DNA of 64,000 bases, from NCBI RefSeq assembly GCF_006345805.1, contig NC_043017.1:248001-312000 (forward strand). The letters are read 5' to 3'. Both the position numbers and the translations under genes were made by a program. Position 1 is the first letter of the stretch. Every line of letters begins with the position of its first letter. The notes under the pieces were generated by a model. That model saw nothing but the letters and a program-made list of their open reading frames with translations, did no database searches and had not been told where the DNA came from. Below, piece after piece: positions 37,646 to 47,451 of this stretch. Origin of the DNA: Octopus sinensis. Lineage: Eukaryota.

Positions 37646-38719
37646 CACAGTCCTTAATACGGCTGCTAATAACATAGATAAAAGCCGGAGGAGCCACCGT
37701 CTTCCATACTGCGCATGTCCAAAACATTGCGGACTGAAGTTGTCATCTGGGACCGTGTTGTTGCTGCTGCTGTTGTTGTTGTTGTTAAGCAACAAGACGG
37801 GTCAGGGTGATTAGGTGATGGTCTAGGGCTTAGGGGCGGGAGACCCCAGACTTTAGAAAAAAAAAAAACTTTGGTCGTCTTGTTGTAGTTGAGGGCTCTT
37901 CGTTGGCGCCCGACACCACTGGAAGGTGACCCTCGAAGTCGCTGGAAATGGAAATCTCCACGTCCAAATTCTTGAACAAATGCTGCTGCTGTCCTTGTTT
38001 TTGTTGCTGGTGACGCTGATTGTTGTTGCTGCTAATATTATTACTGTTGTTCTTGTTTTTGTTGTTGATGCTGTTGCAGTTGCTGTCATTGTTATCACTG
38101 ACATCCGAGATCACATCCAAAAATAAGACAACCCCATTGATTGACCTGTAGTCGCTCACCGACACACACAAAGCTCTCAACCACAAACCTGTTACCTTCT
38201 CCCCTTCAGCCGCTCCTTACCTTTATCCTCTCCCCCCCTCTTTTTGACTCTCTTCCTTCTACCACCCCATACTTTCCCTACCACCCTTACCTCTATCTCT
38301 CCTCCCTCTATCTAAACTGCTGTGGTTCCTTTTCTCGGATTTGGTTGGTCACGTGCCACCTTAACCTGATTCAATCCATCACATTTGTCTCTCTTCTTCT
38401 TGTTCCCTATATTTGCTCCTTAATCCATCCTCCTCCGTAACAATCACTACACTCAGCCTTTACAATTCAGAACGTCATTCTTCTAGAATTCTCCCCCTCT
38501 CCATATTTTTTCATGTAAGACGACATCAGCCTTATTTATCTCACGTTTGGGAGCGACAACGCAGGCCATAAGAACAGCCCTGCCCTGCCCAGCACCTACT
38601 TCTAAATCAGTGGTCCTTAAACAGTGCGCCTGGATGCACTAATGTTCCACAAATGTTATCAAGATAAGCTGTACATTTAAAAAAAATATATAATTTAAGG
38701 TATTAGAAAATCTAGTGAG

Positions 38720-39335
38720 GCAAATGCCATAGCTATCATTATTTAGCTTCTGCCAATATTTTTCTGATAATTTCATAGTCTCTGATATTGTTTCTTAAAA
38801 AGTAGATGTACTTTGACCAACTTTATCTAGCTTCGTAGTGCCTGCTATCATTTTCTGAAATCAGACGTACGTTGACAAACTTATATGCAGCGTCGAAGTC
38901 TTTGATATTATTTCTCAAAATATAATTTCTTTAAAAGCCAGATATCCTTTGACAAACTTGTATGTATCTTTGAAGTCTCTGATATTATAATTTACTTAAA
39001 AACTATAGGCACTTTGACAAACTTGTATCTAGCTTTGCAGTCTCTGATATTATTTCTTAAACGCCCCAGATGTCCCTGGAAAAACTTGTATCTTGTTTTG
39101 TAGTTTCTGATGATATTTCTTAAATGCCAAATGTACTTTGAGAATCCAACTTTGTTGTTTCTGGTATTAATATTTTTAAAAGTCAGAGCTACTATGAAAA
39201 ACTATCATCTCACTTTATTGCTTTTGTTATTATTACTTCATAAGAACGAAATGTACTTTGACAAACTCGTATCTATTTTTACAGTTTGTGATATTTCTTT
39301 AAAACCAGATATACTTTGATACGTTTGTATGTAAC
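38720..39335 (-). repeat. Degenerate ~60-bp minisatellite of about 9 units, probably derived from a PLE endonuclease segment
   Basis: GACAAAC-like anchors at 38815, 38874, 38951, 39016, 39079, 39140, 39196, 39260 and 39318; the unit translates as TSLSKYIWLLRNNIRD. Confidence 0.75.
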
Positions 39336-39718
39336 AACACATTCAATTCTTATTATTCCCTTTTTGTTTTTTCGTTTTTTTTGTACTTCTTGAAAAACGA
39401 GTTACTCGTATGTTTTTATACTCAAGAATGATGAATAAAACGAGGCAAGAAACGGTTTCCATTTCTTTTACATATTTACCCGAGGCAGCGAGCTGGCAGA
39501 TTTATGAGAGCAAAATGGCTTGTAGTATTTGTTTTTTGTTTGTTTTTTTTTTGCGTTCTGAGTTCAAACGCTGCCAAAGTCAGTTTTCCCTTTCATCTTT
39601 TTAGGGTTAATAAGAAGAACCAGTGTTATATCGACTAACCTCTACCTTCAAAATTGCTAGAGAGTCAAAACAACTCAGCCACGTGAGAGTACTTTTCTGA
39701 CGAGGGAGACAAGCTTCC

Positions 39719-40445
39719 AGATCTTTTCCTTTTGAACGGCAGTTTTCAACACAATTTCTAGTTAACTAAACACTTTTAAACTTCGTATACTGGTAGAATG
39801 TGTCAAAATAAAACATTTTTTTCTCTTGGCTTGCTTGAGAAAATTGTAATTTGTAAGTTTAACGTAGTTTAATTTTTCGACTTTTTAACCAATCGATGGC
39901 CTCTATTTAGCTAAAATCATTTGCTGCGTCTAAAACTGAGACAACATCCTGTCACTGTTATGTTTACGTTCGGAAAGCGTGTGTATAAAATTATAGAATT
40001 ATTTTGTTTGTTAATTGTTTAAATTATTTTCCATTGCTTTCGTTTTTTTTTTTCTTAAGCAATGGAAAATAGTTTAAACAATACACGTGTATCTCAAAAC
40101 AAAAACAAAACGAATAATCTTAGACACACGCGTAACAATTAAATTAATTTAACAATTAAAAAAAACAACGAAAGGCTAAAATTTAGGGTTAGGGTTAGAG
40201 ATAGGGTTAGTGACAGGATGTTGTCTCGGTTTTAGACGCAGCAAATGATTTTAGCTCAAAAGAGGCCTTGGATTGGTTAAAATTCGAAAAATTAAACTAC
40301 ATTAAACTTACAAATTATAATTTTCTCAAGAAAGCCAAGAGGAAAAAATGATTTATTTTGACACATTCTACCAGTATACGAAGTTTAAATGTGTTTAGTT
40401 AACTAGAAATTGCGTTGAAAACTGCCGTTCAAAAGGAAAAGCTCC
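39719..40445. mobile_element. Mutator-like MITE with ~240-bp terminal inverted repeats
   Basis: Inverted repeats at 39719-39957 and 40207-40445; direct repeat (C)AAGCTTCC at 39711-39718 and 40446-40453. Confidence 0.85.
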
Positions 40446-41859
40446 AAGCTTCCTTCAGCAAGCTAGACGGAATCATATCAGCGCTAATTTCAGATTTGGT
40501 TAATGTTCATCAGTGACCCTTTACTCCGTAGCCGAAGGTTAAAATCTCAACTCACCTTGTCAATCTTGTAGAGAATACTACTGGAAACATTGACTGTTTC
40601 CGAAAACAGTGAAGTGAGAACTATAAATTATCAAGGTGGCTATTTGCAATTTACAACCGAAAGGCAAAAAGTATAGATGACACTAAAGCGACTGATGGTG
40701 CTAGTCAGCATCAGCATTGCTAGAAATAATAGTCAAAACAACTCTTTTGAGAGCACTTTTCTGATGACTGACAAGGGAGATAAGCTCCCTACGGCAAGCG
40801 AGATAAGTCTGAGAAGGTGAGTTATGTACTTTAACTCTCGGCGACGGAGTAATGGTTCACTGATGAACATTAATCAAATCTGAAACCATCGCTGATAGGA
40901 TTCCATCTCGCTTGCCGCAGGTAGGGAGGTTGTCTCCCTTGTCAGCCGTTAGAAAAAAAAAAAATATATATTTATACACGCATACATAAGTACACACACA
41001 AACATGATGATGATGAGGAGGAGGAGGAGGAGGAAGAGGGGAGGGGAGGAGCAATAGGACGAAAGTGGTGATGATGGTGCTGCTGCTGATGAAGAAGATG
41101 AAGAAGAGGAAGAAGAAGAAGAAAAAAGAAGAAGGAGGAAGAGGAGAAAAAGAAGATGAGGAAGAAGAAGGAGGAGGAGAAAAAGATGAGGAAGAAGAAG
41201 AAAAAGGAAGAGGGGGAGAAAAGAAGAAGAAGAAGTTTGAAAGTTTAAAATACGTCGTCCGGGAAAGATTTGGATTTACGACAGCCAGAAATCGTCTGCT
41301 CCATATTTTGCAAACATGGAGAGAGGAAGACATTTGGCCATCCTCCGCACCCCACCCCCCACACGATGGGTAAATGTTCTCCTGTCTTCATGTTTGCACC
41401 ACCACCACCGTCTCATCGTTGTCATCGTCACAAACACAGCAGCAGCAGCAGCAGTGACTTCATTCGCTGCACCAATCCAGCCATGGCTAACAGTGCAACA
41501 GTGGTGGTGATGACAATGATTGCTGCTGTTCTTTTGAGGAACGAGGTCAATGCTTTTCTTCTTTTTTTTTTGAGCAGATTTCTGATGATGAAAGACTTCT
41601 AGAACCGTCATCATTCCATGTCCACTGTATGTGGTGGCGGCGGCGGCGGTGGGGATGTGCTGTCAGTTGTGACTAGTTTTGGTTACGGGTTGTTGTTGTT
41701 GTTGTTGTTGTTTAGCCCTAGGTCAGCGCTGATCAAGCAGGTACACTGACATCCATGATCACATCGTCAATTGTTCACTTTGATAACCATCATCACCATT
41801 ACTTCCACTACGACCAACACCATCACCACCTCTACCACCTTCATCATACCATTATTGTC

Positions 41860-42055
41860 TTCGTCGCCATCAGAGAGAGTAAGTCGACTACATCGACCCC
41901 CAGTACTCAGCTGACACTTATTTTATCGACCCTGAAAGGATGAAAAGCAATGTCGACCCCGGCGGAATTTGAACTCAGAATGTGAAGAGCCAGAAGAAAC
42001 ATCGCTAAGCATTTTGCCCGGCGTGCTAACGATTTTGCCAGTTCGCCGCCTTAAC
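41860..42055 (-). mobile_element. tRNA-derived SINE family D
   Basis: Minus-strand head GGCGGCGAACTGGCAAAATCGTTAG...GAGTTCAAATTCCGCC. Confidence 0.6.
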
Positions 42056-42929
42056 CAACACACTATTATTGATAAAGGAACGTCACCGACATTACCATTA
42101 GACAACAAATGAATCACTTCCTGTTAGACGTAACAGGGAATATACACTGAAATCGTACATGTCTGTCTCAGAAAAGTACAAAATATAGTCCTTAATACAG
42201 CATGTCTGAGCAAAAAGACAGGGAAGTCGTGTCTGGAATACATTTGATGATGGGCCGACTCGGTATGCGCTGTCCTAAGTTTAAACAACATGAACAAGAA
42301 TAAGAACAGCAGCGGCAGCAGCAGAGTTCTTCAACTGGGTGCATTGTTAGTCACTTAACTGCAGTACGTTGCAGTTAACTGCACAATAACAGCAGCAACA
42401 ACTGCATTTTTAGAGACTCAAAAATAGTACAATGCAAGAAGTTGCACCCAGAAGCATCAATTAAAAGAATGATATCCAACTCGATGCATAGGAAAGAGTC
42501 AAACAACAGTGACCGGCATATGCTGCACAGCAGCAGCGGTGGCAGCAGTGTTATGCAATAAAATGCATGTGAGTCATATATGCAGTAAGAACACGAACGG
42601 TCAAAAGTAAAGTGCAACAGCATATAACAGATTATGAAGTAAGCTTTTTAATTGCTGTAATTTGGAACTAACTGCACTATAAGTGCAACTGCACATTTCC
42701 ACCTGGTTCCTAATTGTTTTTCTTTCATGTTTACAGCCACCTTTTCTCTTTCTTATTTTTCTTTGTGTGTGTGTGTGTGAAGAAGGACTAGCGTCCGAAA
42801 AGTCAGCATTTTTCGCTTCCATCCTTTAAACACGTATACAGTATTTGTAAAAATTTGCCCCTCCCGTGTTGTTTCCTTTTCGTGTACACTGCCTAATATA
42901 TACTCATACGTACACAGACACAGACACAG

Positions 42930-42961
<32 letters not shown>

Positions 42962-43302
42962 ACACACACGCATACATATATATATATATGTGACAGACGA
43001 TGCCTTTCTTGTGCTGGGCTCAAATCTCATATGCGGATCCATGAAAAACGAACCTCCACCAACTACTCTACCTATCTATCAGTGTACACCTGTCAATGCC
43101 ATGCATGTTTGCCATAAGATCTGCAAATCTAACGGAGGCCTCATATGATATTTTAAGACCTACAAGTATCAGAACTTAGCTGCACCTCTCCGTTATGCGA
43201 AGCAGATATGCAATTTATGTAGATGTCTTTTCAAAACATTGTCTGGTATAAAAAGCCAGATCTGACGCCATGATAGATAAGGTGCAAGTACAAATATATA
43301 TA

Positions 43303-43545
43303 TATAACGGGAAGCTTTATGAAAATAGACAAAAGACGAAGGCAGGTTTACGGAAATAAACAAAAGACGAAGGCAGGTGGAATACAAACAAACAATTGTA
43401 TTAGTATGGCGCTCAGGAAATATAAATAAAACAAGTCTTTAACGTTTCGAGCTTACGCTCTTCAACAGAAAGATACACAGAGAAAAAACACAGAAAGAAG
43501 GAGAGAAAAAAAAATATGCGTGCAGAAGCTAGCGAATCAACATGG

Positions 43546-43549
<4 letters not shown>
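43303..43549 (-). mobile_element. Solo PLE pseudo-LTR
   Basis: Near-identical to 50663-50877, the 3' end of the Neptune-type element; flanked by TA tracts. Confidence 0.85.
43436..43473 (-). ncRNA. Minimal type I hammerhead ribozyme motif, best-preserved copy
   Basis: TCTTT-CTGTTGA-A-GAGC-GTAA-GCTC-GAAACGT-T-AAAGA: 5-bp stem I, stem II with a GNRA loop, palindromic ACGT stem III. Confidence 0.7.
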
Positions 43550-43592
<43 letters not shown>

Positions 43593-43799
43593 ATACACAT
43601 ACATACATATATATATATACATACATACATACATATATATATATATACATACATATACATATTATACATACATATACATATATATATATACATATACATA
43701 TATATATATACATACACATACATATATATATATATACATACATATACATATACATATATACATACATATACATATATATATATATATATATATACATAC

Positions 43800-43830
<31 letters not shown>

Positions 43831-43952
43831 CATACATACATACATCATATATATATATATACATACATACATATACATATATATATATACATACATACAT
43901 ATACATATATATATATATATATACATACATACATATACATATATATATATAT

Positions 43953-43985
<33 letters not shown>

Positions 43986-44016
43986 TACATACATACATAC
44001 ATATATATATATATAC

Positions 44017-44047
<31 letters not shown>

Positions 44048-44159
44048 CATACATATACATATTATATATATATACATACATATATATACATACCTATACA
44101 TACATATATATATATATATATATAATATATATATAACATACATATATATATATACATAC

Positions 44160-44194
<35 letters not shown>

Positions 44195-44364
44195 CATACA
44201 TAATATATATACATACATACATATATATATATACATACATCATATATATATATATAACATACATACATATATATATACATACATACATACATATATATAT
44301 ATACATACATACATATATATATACATACATATATATATATACATACATATATATATATACATAC

Positions 44365-44459
<95 letters not shown>

Positions 44460-44520
44460 CATATATATATACATATAATAATTTAATAAATAAAACATAT
44501 CCATACATACATACATATAT
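43550..44520. repeat. (TA)n/(TACA)n microsatellite
   Basis: Read directly from the sequence. Confidence 0.97.
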
Positions 44521-44529
44521 GTACATACC

Positions 44530-44712
44530 TACATCTATATGTATATATACATGAATATATGAGTACAGGACACCACAAATAAACGTAGAACATAACGAGA
44601 AACGAACACAGAAAATCAAACAAGGAAACGGACTTTTTTTAACAACGAAAAAACAGAGTACAAGACAGACAATACAAGGAATATTCCCCTTCTTCAGCTG
44701 CCACTGTTTCGA
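44530..44712 (-). repeat. Unclassified interspersed repeat starting CTGAAGAAGGGG; relative at 61560-61750 (+)
   Basis: The two copies share CTGAWGAAGGG, TTTCGTTGTT..AAAAAGT and TCCTGTAC.CATATAT blocks. Confidence 0.5.
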
Positions 44713-44714
44713 CT

Positions 44715-45318
44715 CAATGCGTGTTTCTGAGTTCGATGCAGCTGCCCTCGTCTGCACCTTCTGCCGTGAAGTTGGTTCATCTGGGACACGTGACAGGAAG
44801 AGATCTAGTTTTATTTTAAAGACATCTGCATCCACACCATGCAGGTCTCTAAGGTTCTTCGGGAGGATATTGAAGAGCTGTGGACCTCTGAAGCCCAGGC
44901 TATCACAGTATCTTGTCCTACATCTTGATGGCAAATTTGGAGTCCTTGGCACTATGCAGTGGCGCCCAGTTCTAGTATTTGTGTAACTCTCGGTGCCAAA
45001 GTTTGGGACAAGTCCTTCCAGGATCTTCCAGATTTATATTATGGCATATCTTTCTCGCCTACGCTCTAAGGAATAGAGTCTCTTGAGTCTTTCCCAATAG
45101 CTTATATGCTGCACAGAGGCTATCTTCTTCGTGTAGCTTCGTTGGATCGCCTCAAGTTCTGCGATTAATTTGACACTGGATGGTGACCATAGCTGAGAGC
45201 AATAGTCAAAGTGGCTTCGGATAAGTGTCCTCCAGAGGACCATCATGGTTTCCTGGTCTCTTGTTCTAAAGGTTCTAAGTGACCTTCCGGTTAGCCGCCT
45301 ACATTTCTTTGCCAATTT
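44715..45318 (-). mobile_element. CR1 ORF2 C-terminal fragment
   Basis: RTRDQETMMVLWRTL, FDYCSQLWSP, YSLERRRER and [14 protein letters not shown]. Confidence 0.9.
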
Positions 45319-45344
45319 AGCAACATACATATATATCCATTCAA

Positions 45345-45552
45345 AATGTGACCGCGTATGTACCGTTGGCGATTTTTTTCCTCCGTCTTCCCTTCTTTGG
45401 ATCTTTCCTTTTCCTATGTTTCCAACGAAGAGCTCTGCTCGAAACGTTAAACCTTCCTTCTTTCCTTCTTTCCTGAGCGTCCAATAATACTATACTTGTT
45501 CCATGTACTCGCGTTGTGGTGTTTTTTCTTTGTGTTTTCATGTTTGGATTAA
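45345..45552 (+). mobile_element. PLE pseudo-LTR-like repeat, second family
   Basis: Contains a hammerhead-like motif; the block CTGAGCG..AATA(A/C)T resembles the sequence downstream of the 43436 motif. Confidence 0.6.
45418..45452 (+). ncRNA. Degenerate minimal hammerhead motif
   Basis: GTTT-CCAACGA-A-GAGC-TCT-GCTC-GAAACGT-T-AAAC; the core differs from CTGACGA by two transitions. Confidence 0.55.
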
Positions 45553-45577
45553 ATATACATACATATATATATATATA

Positions 45578-45634
<57 letters not shown>

Positions 45635-45661
45635 GTATATATATATATATGCATACATACA

Positions 45662-45693
<32 letters not shown>

Positions 45694-45834
45694 CATACGG
45701 GCATACAAACATACGTACGCACATACACACACACATGCTTTTATGTATATTTATATACATAAAATGGCGGTGCTCCAGCATGGCCACAGTCGTTGGACTG
45801 AAACATATAAAAGGAAAACGAGTAAAAGAATATG

Positions 45835-45892
45835 TAGATAGATAGATAGACAGATAGATAGATAGATAGATAGAGATAGATAGATAGAAGAC

Positions 45893-45946
<54 letters not shown>

Positions 45947-46099
45947 TAGATAGATAGATAGACGATAGATAGATAGACAGATAGATAGATAGATAGATAG
46001 AATAGATAGATAGACAGATAGATAGATAGACAGATAGACAGATAGATAGATAGATAGACAGATAGATAGATAGACAGATAGACAGATAGATAGATAGAC

Positions 46100-46166
<67 letters not shown>

Positions 46167-46231
46167 CAGATAGATAGATAGACAGATAGACAGATAGATA
46201 GATAGACAGATAGATAGATAGATAGATAGAC

Positions 46232-46270
<39 letters not shown>

Positions 46271-46271
46271 C

Positions 46272-46330
<59 letters not shown>

Positions 46331-46350
46331 CAGATAGATAGATAGATATA
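45835..46350. repeat. (GATA)n/(GACA)n microsatellite
   Basis: Read directly from the sequence. Confidence 0.97.
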
Positions 46351-46834
46351 AAGACGCCGTCATCATCATTATTAGATCGACGTTGACTATTTTCAGCTCA
46401 GACAAAAAAAAACCCCACAAAAACAAAAAAAAAACAAAAAAGAACAATACGAACACAAACAACAACAACAGACACCCCATCATGTGGCCGCCGTCCACTA
46501 AATACGACGGTACTTATACTTATGATGTTGTCTGCTGGCTCATCTCCGTCAATACATACATGTATGCCTTATGTAGCCAGTGTGTAGCTGATGTGCAACC
46601 AATGTGCAGTTCAGACAATGCATCAAAATAATAATAATATCTACAAAATATTCGAATGTAAAACCGCTGCACACCCGACGTAGACTTAAGTAGAAAATGA
46701 AGGGCCGAGCACGCCGTCTGTTCTTTTATTCGATTCAGCCATGCGGCTGCGGCCATGCTGGTGCTGCACCGTGATTTCTCACCTTTTACTTATGATTCTC
46801 CTTCGGCTGATTTCCCAAGGGTGGTGGGGTTTCA

Positions 46835-47340
46835 GGATCTTTTCCGTTTGAACGGCAGTTTTCAACACAATTTCTAGTTAACTAAACACTTTTAAACTTC
46901 GTATACTGGTAGAATGTGTCAAAATAAAACATTTTTTTCTCTTGGCTTTCTTGAGAAAATTGTAATTTGTAAGTTTAACGTAGTTTAATTTTTCGAATTT
47001 TAACTAATCCAAGGCCTCTTTTGAGCTAAAATCATTTGCTGCGTCTAAAACTGAGACAACATCCTGTCACTAACCCTAACCCTAAATTTTAGCCTTTCGT
47101 TTTTTTTCTTAATTGTTAAATTAATTTAAGGATAACAATTAAGAAGAAAAAAAACCAAAGCAAGGGAAAATAATTTTAATTTAACAATTAAGAAAAAAAC
47201 GAAAGCAAAAACTCAAAGCAAAAACAAAACGAATAATTTTAGACACACGCGTAACAATTAAATTAATTTAACAATTAAAAAAAACAACGAAAGGCTAAAA
47301 TTTAGGGTTAGGGTTAGAGATAGGGTTAGGGACAGGATGT
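46835..47340. mobile_element. Second copy of the Mutator-like MITE, right inverted repeat truncated
   Basis: The left repeat is near-identical to 39719-39957; the right repeat stops at GACAGGATGT where the LTR sequence begins. Confidence 0.85.
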
Positions 47341-47451
47341 CTCCCATTAAACAAAGGACTGTCACTTTTCTTCCAGACATGCCGGCACCATACCCACAAA
47401 GTGGGTCACCAAGAAACACTGCACTAGCCAAACCGTAACATTACCCCCTAC

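Noticed and set aside
37586-37795. ORF with an apparent signal peptide (RRWLLRLLSMLLAAVLRTVEAQW)
   Set aside because: Its C-terminal part is the SINE C head in translation, and nothing supports the remainder as coding.
40185-40210. TTAGGG as an interstitial telomere
   Set aside because: Only 2-3 hexamers, and they are an internal part of a MITE present twice in the window.
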